Counted from the stretch's first letter, positions 36,331 to 50,171 are shown. The stretch is DNA of 64,000 nucleotides from Octopus sinensis (GCF_006345805.1 NC_043003.1:95294001-95358000), one strand, 5' to 3'. Numbers and translations: made by a program. Notes: generated from the letters alone by a model not told the origin.

Positions 36331-36877
36331 CTGAGGTCATAATATATAAACATTTGGTTCTCAGTGGTTAAATTCGCCTTTCTGTGAAAAGTTACAACTT
36401 ATAAGTAAAGCTGCTCATTCTTATAAGAAGTGAGTACAATGTATATTTAGTGAGGCAAGGCTGAGTTTTAACCTTAGCATGGATATTATCTCGGAGAGGT
36501 ATGCTGTTTGAGGGCTTGATTTCTCATAGATACTCGTAAGGAAAGACATTTCAGCAGCGCTCAATACGTACACGTTTTTGCTTCTACGGCCATCGACACC
36601 ATTTTGGGGGGAACTGCTGCTGCTAGCATTTTCACCAGATAAAACGAAGTCAATGCCTGTTTGGCAATCAAAATGGCAGGATCTACACAAACTCACATTT
36701 CTAAATTGTTCACGCCTGATGAAGGGTCTTTGTGCCTGAATTACATAAAGATTGCTCAACTTTCATTTTTTGCATTGTTTGAAGTTCTCCTTCTTTATTA
36801 TTTGTTCTTTTACTTCTATAACTATATTTCTGATTTAAAATATGAACCTTTAATGCTGATTTTTGTTTTATTTTCAG

Positions 36878-37146
36878 CGTTAACACTCAGTCCTCCGGAA
36901 CTTGAAGTAGAAATTCCAAGAGATGGAAGCCTCTTATCTTTTGCAACAAAAGACATTGTAACAATACTGATTTGTCTAAATATAGATCCTGAGGTCATAG
37001 ACCGCGTTAATAAGATGCATCTCAATGGTAAAAAATTATCTGCTTTGTCAAATGACGATCTGAAAGAGTTAGGCATAAATAATCCCATCGTAAAATATTT
37101 CCGGGACAGAACTAAAGTGAAATCAAAATCTCATTTCATGTTATAA
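36878..37146 (+). CDS. Terminal coding exon, SAM (sterile alpha motif)-like domain
   Basis: Acceptor TTTTATTTTCAG|. Reads FATKDIVTILICLNIDPEVIDRVNKMHLNGKKLSALSNDDLKELGINNPIV, fitting the SAM pattern (W/F)...DV...L..I.L......F....IDG..L..L...DL.ELGI. Stop TAA at 37144-37146. Confidence 0.8.
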
Positions 37147-37962
37147 CGAGAAAATTGAAAGTCAAGCCAGAACAGAGCTAGTTGACTAAATAGGGAAACA
37201 GAATACCATTTTCCGAATACTAATAAGAGAATGCCGGACAGAGATTTCCCTAATTCATATTCGGTGATGATGTGCATGCTTGACAAAATTACTTAACTCT
37301 TGTTGTTTTCTAACCCACTTTGCTGGAGATCTTGTATTCTGAAATGGTTCAACTCTTTGCTGTAAGCAACGAGTGGTTTGTATAATATACAAATGTTTCG
37401 TTAATTAATAGTAACAAATGCAAGTCCTTCTATAAGCAAAATCCCCTATAGACCAACGTTCCATCAGTGGTAAAGGGATAAATCTCATGCGTTTAGTTAT
37501 AAAGATTGGGATAACTCCAGTTCTCGGCAGCATTTATCACTGATGTAAGGAAAAAGTAAAAGCGCTGGATAATTTCTGTTTGAATACCGACGATTTGTGT
37601 ATTTGTATATTCATGTTAATTAAAAATGCTTTTATTAAACGAAAGAGAAATCACAACGAAGGCTTGTAATATTTGTCAAATTATAAAGTCTCATCAATAA
37701 AATGCTATTAACCCCAACATATCTGGATTAATCAAAAACAGAAAAAAAATTGCTATTTCATCATTCAGCTTTCTGTTGAGATTTCACTCTGGACAGAACA
37801 TCAGGATGATGAAGTTTATAATCAGATCCAAAGTCACTATACAGGCATACGTCAACTTGCGTCGGTAATTATTTCGAAGAGATACGACATTACTAGAAAA
37901 ATGATTATAACACGAAAGATTAAAAGTTTCACTTTTTTTTAGTTTACATCTGTTTTAATAAA
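37147..37962 (+). other. Probable 3' UTR with candidate AATAAA at 37696 and 37957
   Basis: Repeat-free AT-rich sequence after the stop; polyA site not determinable. Confidence 0.4.
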
Positions 37963-38778
37963 TGGTTTGTACATATTTTCATTCACATTTTGATTTTCCA
38001 CTCCAGTATTGGTTTTTAGGTGTTTGTTTAATTTCTATCCTTTTATATATATATTCGCAAAAACCGACGTAAATTCGGATAAATCGAATGAAGTTGAGAT
38101 TATTTTTCGCCATTAATTTCTTTAAGAAAAAGAAACATGTAAGGTCGAAAAAGTTGTAACTCAGAACGATGTGAGTTGAAGTATATCTGTATTTCGATTG
38201 CTTTGCGCTTATCCCCTTTTTAATCAGAGTTTTATTTTTTTACTAAAAAATCCGACACAGGAGTATTAAATTCATTAAAATTAACACACTGTTTACGCTC
38301 TATTCATTTCAATATTTCTTTTTTTCTTCCATTTGTACTTCTCATTTTCAACAATATTTGAATAAATAAATACAATACGATTCGCAATGATGATGTTCTT
38401 TTGCGTTATAACAAACAAGTAAAGTCACAACCGTAGATAAATGAACTTTAAAAAAGTTCTTCCCGTTTCTAAACTTATATACATAAAACACATTGACTGG
38501 TACAAAAACAATCAATACACAGTATTTTGATAATTCGATTCCGAAAAACTCAAGAGTTTAATTTCAATTTGTACATAATTTTGTTCTCTTACTTCTTAGA
38601 CATTAATGAACGTCGCGAATGCTTTTTGATAGGACTGGGCGGTTTAAAGTAAACATAAGATAAATTTATCATAAAACTAGACCGCAAGATAGATAGAAAT
38701 GCAAGTACTAATATATTTAATGAGGTGAGCACGATAATTTTAATTAAGATAATATTTGTGTCGATGGTGGAAGAAGTA

Positions 38779-39344
38779 CCGTAAATCCTCGAGTATGATC
38801 CGCATTTTTTTCCCAAAATTTAAAGGTCAAAATCCCTAGTGCGTACTATATACGAGGTTAAAAATGAAAATTATTTTCTAAGCAATGTCCGAGTCTCTAT
38901 TTGCTGTCCGGCGATGTTTATTAGATGCATTTTGTGATGTCGGGCGCGAAAATACCTTAAGCTAAGCCTGAAAGCAATGAAGTCATAAAAGAATCATCCA
39001 TAACTTGCAATAAGCAACATTTATTAAACGTTATTACTGTTATTTCTTTATTTTCTGCAAACAAAATGCACAAAAAAGCTACACATTTGCATTATGTTAT
39101 ATATACAATAATAATAAAGGAGGTATACTTGCCATTTCAATATGGCTAACCACTAAGGGTGGGTGTTACTGTAGCTTGGACGTTAATAAAGGACGTTACC
39201 GTATACAGCTTTACAAACCAAGGACGTTATATAGACCGCCTTGACTCAAGTTAGAGAAGGGATGCGTATTATACACAAGGTACAGCCCCCTAAAAATCCC
39301 CTGCGTATTATACTCAAGGGCGGACTATACTCAAGGATCTACGG
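38779..39344. mobile_element. Non-autonomous TcMar (Tc2/pogo-like) element, TA TSD
   Basis: TIRs CCGTAAATCCTCGAGTATGATCCGC / GCGGACTATACTCAAGGATCTACGG, flanked by TA. Confidence 0.85.
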
Positions 39345-39707
39345 TAAGTATTATTACACAATATTCGTATCAAAGTCAAGGGTAATAGCTCAAAATTATA
39401 TTCTAAAATTTTCAGTTAATTTAAATTGGAGATCAGCAATGTGGTGAAAGAGGAGATAATTTGATGTTTAGCATTTGTAGGAACAAGTTCTTGTCTTATT
39501 AGAACTCATCAGGGAAGTATTGTCAATCACGTACGTCTTAGATCACTAGGAAGATAGTAACAAAGATGCATATATAGAATAATTACATACACAGATGTGA
39601 CATAACAAAACACAACCCAAGGGAAATAACCCAGCGATAGCATCCTGAAAAATATACAGTAAAGTGAACGCTAACATACTGTGTGTCGATCACTATTTTA
39701 ATTAGTC

Positions 39708-41130
39708 AAGGCGGCGAGCTGGCAGAAACGTTAGCACGCCGGGCGAAATGCGTAGCCGTATTTCGTCTGCCGTTACGTTCTAAGTTCAAATTCCGCCGAG
39801 GTCGACTTTGCCTTTCATCCTTTCGGAGTCGATTAAATAAGTATCCGTTATGCACTGGGGTCGATATAATCGTCTTAATCCGTTTGTCTGTCTTTGTTTG
39901 TTCTCTCTGTGTTTAGCCCCTTATGGGTAGTAAAGAAATAGGTATTTCGCCCTTCGCTACGTTCTGAGTTCAAATTCCACGGAGGTCGACTTTGTCTTTC
40001 ATCCTTTCAGGCTCGATAAATTAAATACTAGTTGAACACTGAAGTCAATGTAATTGATACATCCCCTGCCACAAAATTCCTGCTCTTGTGGCAAAATTTG
40101 AAACTGTTTTAATTAGACGAGATGAAACTAGTATCGATTGAGCGTTTTGATAACGGCCCACTTGAGATTGTCTTTCTTGTTATAAAATGATCTAAATAAA
40201 TATTTCCCATCAAAAGAGGATTAAATCAACTGAAGGCAAAGGAGACAAAAGAAAAAAAATAATTGAAATGGTTCGATATTATTTTTATTTCTTTATTACC
40301 CACAAGGAGCTAAACATAGAGGGGACAAACAAGGGATTAAGTCGATTACATCGACCCCAGTGCGTAACTAGTACTTAATTTATCGATCCCGAAAGGACTA
40401 AAGGCAAAGTCGACCTCAGCGGAATTTGAACTCAGAACGTAACGGCAGACGAAATACCTATTTCTATTTCTTTACTACACACAAGGGGCTAAACACAGAG
40501 AGGACAAACAAGGACAGACAAACGGATTAAGTCGATTATATCGATCCCAATGCGTAACTGGTACTTAATTTATCGACCTCGAAAGGATGAAGTGCAAAGT
40601 CAACGGCATTTGAACTCAGAACGTAACGGTAGACGAAATACGGCTCCGCATTTCGCCCGGCGTGCTAACGAATCTGCCAGCTCACCGCCTTAATTATTCT
40701 ATTACCACGATATCATTCTATTACTACGAAGGTGGCGAGCTGGCAGAAACGTTAGCACACTGGGCGAAATGCTTAGCAATATTTCGTCTGTCTTTATGTT
40801 CTGAGTTCAAACTCCGCCGAGGTCGACTTTGCCTTTCATCGTTTCGGGGTCGATAAATTAAGTACCAGTTGCGTACTGGAGTCGATCTAATCGAGTGGAC
40901 CCCACCCCCAAAATTTCGGGCCATGTGCCTAGAGTAGAAAAGAATGGTTAGCACGCCAGTCAAAATTCTTAGCAGTATTTCACTTCGTCTTCACGTTCTG
41001 AGTTCAAATTCCACCGAGGTGGTTTTTGTCATTCATCCTTTCGGGGTCGATAAAGTAAGTTGTTAATAAAGGGTCGATGTAATCGACTTACCCCTCCCCG
41101 AACATGCTGGCTTTGTGCTAAAATTTGATA
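39708..41130. mobile_element. SINE A cluster (plus 39708-40110, minus 40275-40695, plus 40729-41130)
   Basis: Consensus matches, each with a second truncated unit. Confidence 0.9.
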
Positions 41131-42624
41131 CCATTATTCTAATACTAACCACTTAAGGGTGCAAATAGACAGTATCATTTTATTTATTTAGTTATTAATT
41201 ATTATTATTATTTCTTTTTTTTTGCAATACTTTATGCTTCAAAATTTATTTTATTGTATATATTAACGAATATATTGTAAAACATATTTTTGAAAAAAAG
41301 TTGATGTATTTGAAAACCAGATAAATGCAAGAAGAGATTCTTCCGATGTTCACCGCCAAAATAATAAGGCGACGACCTAGCAGAATCGTTAATGCGTTAA
41401 GAGGGAAAGCTCTACGATATTTGTTTCCGTTATTCATGTTCTGAGTTTATATCCCGCTGAGCTCAATTTTGTTTTTCAGCTTTTGAGAGTTGATGAAATA
41501 AATTACCATCGAAGAACAAGGATTGATGGTTCCAACTAACCGACTCTGCTAAATTAGACGTAGCAAATAATTTCAGCTCAAATACTGGCGTTTCATTGGT
41601 TAAAATTCGAAGAATTAAACTACGTTAAACTTACAAATTACAAATTTATCCAAAAACCCAAGTGAAAATAATGTTTTCTTTTGACACATTCTACCAGTAT
41701 ACGAAGTTTCATATTGTTTAGTTAACTAGAAATTGTGTTGAAATCTGGCTATCAAAAGGAAAAGATCCACTGATTTCATTTGTCATATAAAACTTTAAGC
41801 TTATCTAGAACATAATAAAATGAGTAAAACTGAGCCATACTGCAAGCTATATTTCGAAAATAATTATATTATTATGATAATAGTAATATAATTTAGATTT
41901 GTTAAAGTAGAAATAGAGCAAACACTCAAACAAGCAATGAAATAAACAAACGAAATATAAATAGTGGCGCCTAATTTTGGGGGAAGTTAGAATTTATTGA
42001 TAAAGGTATGGACAACATATTTCTCCTTTCCTAAAAGTACACGACTTTGTGTCTAATCGACAGAAAACAATGTTTCTTGTTATTGCTTTAGTAACAACTA
42101 ATCAGTACATTCGAACTTGTATTTTTACTCTTTCCATTTTGCTGTTAAAGAATCATTGTTCATTCCGGATGCACAATAAGTTAAGTTAGCTGAGACCTTT
42201 AATTGCTAATTAACGTCGACTAATCCGGTGGTAGAGTGTAAGCTGAGACGAATCCGTCATAATGATCTGAACAATACACGAGACATTAATAATATTTCGA
42301 TTAGCACCAAGCCAAAACTAATGGCTGAATAACGCAAAGAGAGAAAAAGAACGCCTTTTTTCCCTTATCTCTCACTATCATCCGATACTCAGCCAGCTGA
42401 ATTATATTAATTAAATATACAATACCATACTTTATAATAATTATAACTCGAAACATTTTTGTCCTTATTTTTGTTAGGAAGAGAATAAAATTAGTCGAAA
42501 ACATATTTCAGTGCAGTAACTCCATTAACGTTGCCATTTTATCTTTATTTTTCACGTAACCTTTATTTTCCTTCCATTAGAGTTCCCTCGGTCAAATTTA
42601 AATTAACTCCCCGTTACTGTTAGA

Positions 42625-44480
42625 ATGAAGTTGCAAAATCGTTAGCACGCCGGATAAAATGCTTAGAGGCATTTCGTCCGTCTTTACGTTCTGAATTCAA
42701 ATTCCGCCGAGGTCGATTTTTCCTTTCATCCTTTCGGGGTCGATAAAATAAGAACCAGTTAAACACTAGGGTCGACTTATCCCTACTTCCAAAGTTGCTG
42801 GTCAAAATTTGAAATCATTACCAGGATGATGAAGTGGCAGGATGCTCAGCGACATTTCATCCGTCTTTATATTCTATGTTCAAATTCCATCGAGGTTGAC
42901 TTTGCCTTTCATCCTTTCGGGGTCGATAAAATAAGTACCGGTTAGACACTGAAGTCGATGTAATCGATTTATCTCTCCTCCGAAATTGCTGGCCTTGTGC
43001 CAAAATTTGAAATCTTTATTAGAATGGTGAAATGATAGAATCGTTAGCACCCCGGACGAAATGCTTAGCGGTATTTCGTCTGCGTTACGTTGTGAGTTCA
43101 AATTCCGCCGAGGTCGACTTTGCCTTTCATCCTTTCGGGGTCGATAAATTAAGTACCAGTTACGCACTGGGGTCGATGTAATCGACTTAATACCTATGTC
43201 TGTCCTTGTTTGTCCCCTCTGTGTTTAGCCCCTTGTGGGTAATAAAGAAATAGGTATTTCGTCTGTCTTCACGTTCTGAGTTCAAATTCCACCGAGGTCG
43301 ACTTTGCCTTTCATCCTTTCGGGGTCGATAAATTAAGTACCAGTTACGCACTGGGGTCGATGTAATCGACTTAATACCTATGTCTGTCCTTGTTTGTCCC
43401 CTCTGTGTTTAGCCCCTTGTGGGTAATAAAGAAATAGGTATTTCGTCTGTCTTCACGTTCTGAGTTCAAATTCCACCGAGGTCGACTTTGCCTTTCATCC
43501 TTTCCGGGTTGTTAAAATAAGTACCAGAGAAAGATTGGGGTCGATTACATCGACTAGGCCCCTTCTCCAAAATTTCAGGTCTTGTACTTTTAGTAGAAAG
43601 GATTATTATTAGAATGGTTAGGCGGTGATATAGCAGAATTGTTAGTACGCCAAACAAAATGCTTGGCGGCATTTCTTTCGGTTTCACATTACAAGTTCAA
43701 ATGCCATCGAGAACGAATTAACCCTTCATCCTATCGTGGTTGATAAAATAAGCATCGTCCCTTCCACCAAAATTTTAGGTCTTGTGCCTATAGTAGAAAG
43801 GATTGTTATTTAAATGGTAAAGGATAGTGAAACGGCAGAATCGTTAGAGCATCGGACGAAATGCCCGGCAACAATTGTTGTGACTCTTCGACTTCGAAAT
43901 TCAAATCTTATCGAAGTCAACTTTACCTTTGATGCTTCTTGTGTTGATAAAATAAAGCACCAGTCAAGTACTGGATTATATCGGCTATCCCCTTTTCTCA
44001 ACAATGCTAGTGTTGTGCTTAAATCAAAAAGAATTATTATCATTATTAAACTGACAAAGGATGATGTATTGGCAAAATCGTTTGAGCATCGGAAAAAGTA
44101 CCCTGTGCCATTTGTTCTAGCTCTTTACGTTTTTCAGATCAGATCCCGCTGATATCAACTTTGCCTTTTATCCTTTCGAGGATTGATAATATAAAGTACC
44201 AGTCAAGTACTGGGTTCGTTGGTATCGATCAATCCCCTTTCTTCAACATTGCTAGTCTTATACCTAAATCAGAAACAACTATTTTTATAGTGGTAAAGTG
44301 TAGTGAAATAACATTTTCGTTAAAGCCTCGAACAAATTCCCTTACGGCATTTTTTCTAACTCCTTAGGTTTTGTGTTCAAAATCCCGCTGAAGTTAGTTA
44401 TACTTATTTCCTTTCGAGATTGATAAAATAATTACCCGTTAATTATTGCTGTCTACTAACTCTCTATTCTTCATATTACC
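42625..44480 (+). mobile_element. Head-to-tail array of about 9-10 SINE A units of varied divergence
   Basis: Recurrent CTTTCATCCTTTCGGGGTCGATAAA core. Includes an identical 184-bp tandem at 43108-43504. Confidence 0.9.
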
Positions 44481-45257
44481 TGCCTTGTGTCAAAATGAGT
44501 GCAGAGTAATCGACATTGTTAAAGTAGCGAGCGTCATGATTTGCTATTTTTTATTACGACCCTCACATTCTGAGTACAAAACCCACGGAAACTAGATTTG
44601 TCTGTCGTCGTTTTGGAGTTGACAAAATATGAAATACAGTACAGTGGCTGCACAGCCATGTTTAATGAAATAAAATTACAACAGTGATGAAAAATAAGGT
44701 CACTAGCTTCAGTGTCAATTTTTATCAAGAAAGGCAAGAGACATAACTTCGAAGTTTAGCTTAATTAAACTTTGAATGGAGGCATGCCAGTAGTCTATAA
44801 TTACAGTTTGTTAAATTGTGTTGTCTTGTGTTAAATATCGAGAGTAAATTTTGTAAATATTATTTACGTTCTGTAGATCTATGTTGCTTTCTATCACTTC
44901 ACCACAGCGAGAGAGCGTCTCTACATCTGTGTGACATAGACATAAAAACTACCAAATCTACCAACCCATTCGATGACGTAGTTTCCAATCCTAGTTGTTT
45001 TATGTCTGAAAAATATAGAATTTTTATGAATGGAATTTCTATGGTATCAAGGCTGACCTGAGGCAAAACTACAACAGCGAAAGAAGAGCGAAATTAACAA
45101 TAACAGCGCAAAATAAAACAGCCATAATAACAACGTAAGTTAAGTATTGTCTGAAACCAAATCACCTCCGAATCCTATCCGTTCGTCTTAAATAAGGGAT
45201 GATGCTCGAGTATAAGAAAAGATGGTTACTGATGGTACGCCTTTGTTTGGGATGGAA

Positions 45258-45633
45258 GCACTCCGTCGGTTACGACGACGAGGGTTCCGGTTGACCCGAA
45301 TCAACGGAACAGCCTGCTCGTGAAATTAACGTGCAAGTGGCTGAGCACTCCACACACACGCGCACCCTTAACGTAGTTCTCGGGGATATTCAGTGTGACA
45401 CAGAGAGTGACAAGGCTGGCCCTTTTGAAATACAGGTACAACAGAAACAGGAAGTAAGAGAAAGTTGTGGTGAAAGAGTGCAGCAGGGATCACCACCATC
45501 CCCTGCCGGAGCCTCGTGGAGCTTTTAGGTGTTTTCGCTCAATAAACACTCACAACGCCCGGTCTGGGAATCGAAACCGCGATCCTATGACCGCGAGTCC
45601 GCTGCCCTAACCACTGGGCCATTGCGCCTCCAC
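45258..45633 (-). mobile_element. SINE family C, young full-length copy
   Basis: Head GGCGCAATGGCCCAGTGG...GGTTTCGATTCCC; tail GGAACCCTCGTCGTCGTAACCGACGGAGTGC. Confidence 0.9.
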
Positions 45634-45699
45634 ACGCCTTTGTTTATGAACCTACTGAATCAGAGCTGAACAGTGACTTATTATCATCAATATAACAAA

Positions 45700-45955
45700 A
45701 CCAACAAGGTTTTTAAGAACAGCAATGATTATGGTACGAACAACGAATGCAACAATAGCTAAAACAGGCAATGATAACAACAAACAATGATATCAACAAC
45801 AAAAAACAGCAGTGAATACAATGCAAACGACGATAGCAACAACAGGAAAAACACCATAATAACAGCACAAGCATGGAATACAACAATAGCAAAAGCTGCA
45901 ATGATAGCCGTACAAACAACAGCAATAAAACAGCAAATCAATAACAGCAACACCA
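45700..45955. repeat. Degenerate (CAA/AAC)n tract
   Basis: Direct inspection. Confidence 0.85.
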
Positions 45956-46244
45956 GACCTTTGTAAGAGCGACTAACAACTAACTGAGGATTTGCGTTCT
46001 AAACAAGGCCTAGAAAGGGCAACGAGACCACAAATATGTATCCTGCCAGGCGTTATCAACTTTACAGGGAAATAGCTCCAAAGGGAGTAAGAGAAGGATT
46101 CATAGGTCTAATTTGCTCAAAATTGCTGAAGCAGATTGTCTACGTCGTTACTGAAATAAAACAAAAAACGACATTTGCGTAAAAGACGAAGTTTAATTTT
46201 TTCTTTCGGGAAAATAGTTTTCAACTATTAATGGTGAGATATAC

Positions 46245-46460
46245 TCTTTTTACTCTCTTTATACTTGTTTCAGTCATGTGACTGTGGCCATGCTGGAGCA
46301 CCGCCTTTAGTCGATCAAATCGACCCCAGGACTTATTCTTTTGTAAGCCTAGTACTTATTCTATCGGTCTCTTTTTTGCCGAACCGCTAAGTTACGGGGA
46401 CGTAAACACACCAGCATCGGTTGTCAAGCTAGGATGGGGGGTACAAATACAGACACACAA

Positions 46461-46497
<37 letters not shown>

Positions 46498-46670
46498 CAT
46501 ATATACGACGGGCTTCTTTCAGTTTCCGTCTACCAAATCCACTCACAAGGCTTTGGTCGGCCTGAGGCTATAGTAGAAGACACTTACCCAAGGTGCCATG
46601 CAGTGGGACTGAACCCGGAACCATGTGGTTGGTAAGCAAGCTACTTACCACACAGCCACTCCTACGCCTA
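46245..46670 (-). mobile_element. SINE family B, full length
   Basis: Reverse consensus. Confidence 0.9.
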
Positions 46671-46969
46671 TGTATATATTTTCTCAGTAAACTTTCCTCG
46701 CAGTGAACTTTCTTCACGGTGAATTGATGGTGGTGAAGTTACCTGTAATCGTTAATTAGTACCATAATCACTCTTTAGAGTGTAAGGAGTATATTTGATT
46801 TCGTTAGGTCTCCAATAGATTTAAATCAGCCGTGAGTGTTGAACAGATTTAAACATCGGTATTTAGCTTTTGGGTTTTTTAGAGATTTCTTATCATTACA
46901 TATCGACATTGGACAGTTTGGCTAGCAGAGGTTTCTTCTCTGTTTTATATAATGCTATATATTTTCTAT

Positions 46970-47800
46970 GGTCAGGCTAAATCGCCTTCTATTGGAATTG
47001 TTTGTTATTATTCGCTCAATCCATCAAGGGTTCCCTTTAGTGTCACACATCTCAACTCTTAAAACGTTCCTGAGAACCAGGAAGACAATGTCTGCATATT
47101 CCGATACGCCTTGGACACATTATTTGACATTCCAACATCGAAGTAATCATCTCTTTCAATATGGATTGGAAATAAAGGTAAGGATTAGCCAAAGCAATTC
47201 GGAAACTCAAATATATGCTGTAAGCTTTTGTTCCTGGACCCATGATCAGTTATAAAGCTTGTTGTCTGTTTAGATAAGAAGAAAGTGGAATGGAACTAGA
47301 AGGAAGTAAAGATCATTGAGGCCAGTTTTATGACGTCGCGAGCTGAGAGGAAGTTATCTTCAAAAGGGTCGAATAGTGGCGGTGAATCGTTTCCGTGTTT
47401 AATACCGCATTGCTTGTCTAATGAAACATCTGATCAGATCGAAAAAAACCTTGCTTTGTCGATATATGTTGGAAAGAAAAGTACTTTTAATCAGTAAGTC
47501 AGAAAGTTCACTTCATGCCAACACATGGGAAGGGCTGCCCAAGGATATCGTGGTCGATAATGAACAGAATTCTGCTGTGGTGGCCACATTTACAAAGAAT
47601 TCTGAACAGTGAACTAATATGATTATTAGTCCACAGACATAAGTTTGTGCAGATCAACTTTCTACTATACTGCAGTTCATAGTCAACCATGGAACTAGGA
47701 AAGGTGGTCGACGCCTTTAGTATTACCAAGATAGTCTTCATCTTGTTCTGCACTATTTGGGCAATGCAGTTGGTGAATATCTAGCATTATATTATTTAGA
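46970..47800 (+). pseudogene. Ancient Gypsy pol relic (RNase H end to integrase)
   Basis: Weak motifs: EGLPKDIVVDN (cf. GLP..IVSDNG), YTAVHSQPWN*ER (cf. TAPYHPQSNG.AER), and HQGFPLVSH...RKTMSAYS (cf. GR.F.L.TDH...KK.I..Y.A). Many stops. Confidence 0.4.
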
Positions 47801-48039
47801 GGATTAGTGACAGGCATGGGTGACGATTTATTGAGATGTACTCCAAATAGTCTTCTCCGCTGGAAATTTCTAAAAATCCACATTTTTACAGTACTACAGG
47901 GGCATTGTCGGTTTGTGATAAGGCTGGACAGACATGGTGGTGCCACTACCACATATGAAGAAACAACGGCCGAATATATTTTGTACTTAAGTTATAAATG
48001 ATTATTATTGCTGCTGTTATTGATGTTGTTCTATTAATA

Positions 48040-48625
48040 AGGCGGCGAGCTGGCAGAATCGTTAGCACTCCGGGCGAAATGCTTAGCGGTATTTCGCCTG
48101 CCGCTACGTTCTGAGTTCAAATTCAGCCGAGGTCGCCTTTGCCTTTCATCCTTTCGGGGTCAATTAAATAAGTACCAGTTACGCACTTGTGTCGATATAA
48201 TCGATTTAATCCATTTGTCTGTCCTTGTTTGTCCTCTCTGTGTTTAGCCCCTCGTGGGTAGTAATCGCCTGACGTCAAGGTTGACTTTGTCTTTCATCCT
48301 TTCGGGGTCGATACATTAAGTACCAGTGAAATACTGGGACCGATATAATCGAATAGTACCCACCCAACAAATTTCAGGTCTTGTGCCTTTAACAGAAAAG
48401 ATTATTATTCGTAATAATAAGGCTGCGTTCTGGCAGAATTGTTAGCACGCCGGGCGAAATGCATTTCGCCCATCTACACGTTCTGACTTCAAATTCTGCC
48501 GAGGCCCACTTTGCCTTTCATCCTTTCGGGGTTGATAAAATAAGTACCAGTCAAGTACGGGGTGAAGTTCGATGTAATCGACTTCACCCCACCCCAAAAT
48601 TGCTGGCTTTGTACAAATATTTGGA
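48040..48625 (+). mobile_element. SINE A units x3
   Basis: Consensus matches. Confidence 0.85.
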
Positions 48626-49784
48626 ATTTATTATTATACGTCTTTAAAAGGGTGGTAATAGATAGAACCATTAGTGTTTGACCAAATAAGCTGTATTATT
48701 TAGTTATTTTTCTTTACAGTTTGAGTTGCAAATCATACCAAGGGGTGATTTTACTGCTCATCCTTCCGAGGTTAAGAATATAAGTGATAGTCAAGTAGTG
48801 ATATTGATTTAATAGATTCTGTCTGCTTCCACAACATTACCGACTTTGCCGTAACGTAAGACATTGTAAGTTTATAGCAAATATATTCTCTTCAGTATAA
48901 AGTGGTTTTATAATGAAACGCAAAAATAAAACCTGATTTGAACAAAAGTGTACTACTATTGGTTATTATTACTATGTAAACTTTCTGTAAATGATCAATG
49001 CATGACAAATAAAATACATTTGAGAAACTCCATATCTCTGTGAAGTTTGAATATCGTGGAAGAAAGTCATTGTCAATTGATTGTCCGTACAATGCTTATA
49101 TTGCAGTGAATAGAAATTATTTTTTTAAATCTTTAGACACTGTTTTCTACTCTCATCACTTCCATTTAAGTAAAACTTGTAAATAAGATAGAAATGAAAT
49201 GAAAATTAAACAATGCGATAAATGATGGACGATTTCATAAGGTTTCCTTTTCAAAAGAAAAATAGACTGCCATATTTGCAGATGGATGCAATATAAAGAC
49301 AATATTTAAAAAGAAACCACTTAAGAGAAAAAAGGACATTCACTTCTGTTTTACAGATATTCAGCGGGAAATGGCTGTTATTTATTGATCTAAGCATCCC
49401 CCGATAACTATAAAGTTTCTTTGTAAATCACCGTTAGGGATATAAAAAAAATTACAGCGGATCCTTTGGACATTTATTACGGTCGATTCTTTCAACAACC
49501 ATAAGGTTATTTAAAAAGTGCTTTATCTTTACACAATTAAATATACTAACAATGAACTTTTTCATCTACACTTTTATTTCCAATTAAGTCTCAATCAATT
49601 ATTGTAAAATGGTGAGAATCATGTCATTTCCCACCTGTTTGCCTTACTCAATGGCCACAATATGATAAGCAAGAGTAACAATAAAAGAACAACAATAAAG
49701 ACAATGGGAATAAAAAAACACTAACTAAGCAGAAAGACATAATGAAAACATTGGCAACTGCGAACATGATGACAAAAAAATATA

Positions 49785-49844
49785 CTACTACTACTACAAC
49801 TACTACTACTACTACTTACTACTACTACTACTACTACTACTACA

Positions 49845-49876
<32 letters not shown>

Positions 49877-49907
49877 CACTACTACTACCACTACTACTAC
49901 TACCACC

Positions 49908-49953
<46 letters not shown>

Positions 49954-49975
49954 TTGCTACTAGTAGTAGTAGTAG
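49785..49975. repeat. (TAC)n/(CAC)n trinucleotide tract
   Basis: Direct inspection. Confidence 0.95.
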
Positions 49976-50138
49976 TGTTGCTGATGAGGCTGATGACAGC
50001 CAAAAGGGTGTTTCTTTAATAGCCAAAGGGGTAACATAAAAACAAAACATTAAGATGTGTATTTGCATGCATATATCATATGTAAATACACATATACATA
50101 AGTATGTGTATTTGCATATATATATATATATTATATAT

Positions 50139-50171
<33 letters not shown>

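Noticed and set aside
36661-36877. N-terminal half of ORF 36661..37146
   Set aside because: T-rich polypyrimidine intron sequence ahead of a clear acceptor at 36877; only the part from 36878 looks coding.
44870-45050. Possible exon on either strand
   Set aside because: Open frames lack convincing paired splice sites or recognisable motifs.
49981-50005. CTGATGA-GGCTG(ATGA)CAGCC-AAAA as a hammerhead
   Set aside because: G12 is absent, stems I and III are weak, and it sits at the edge of a trinucleotide tract.
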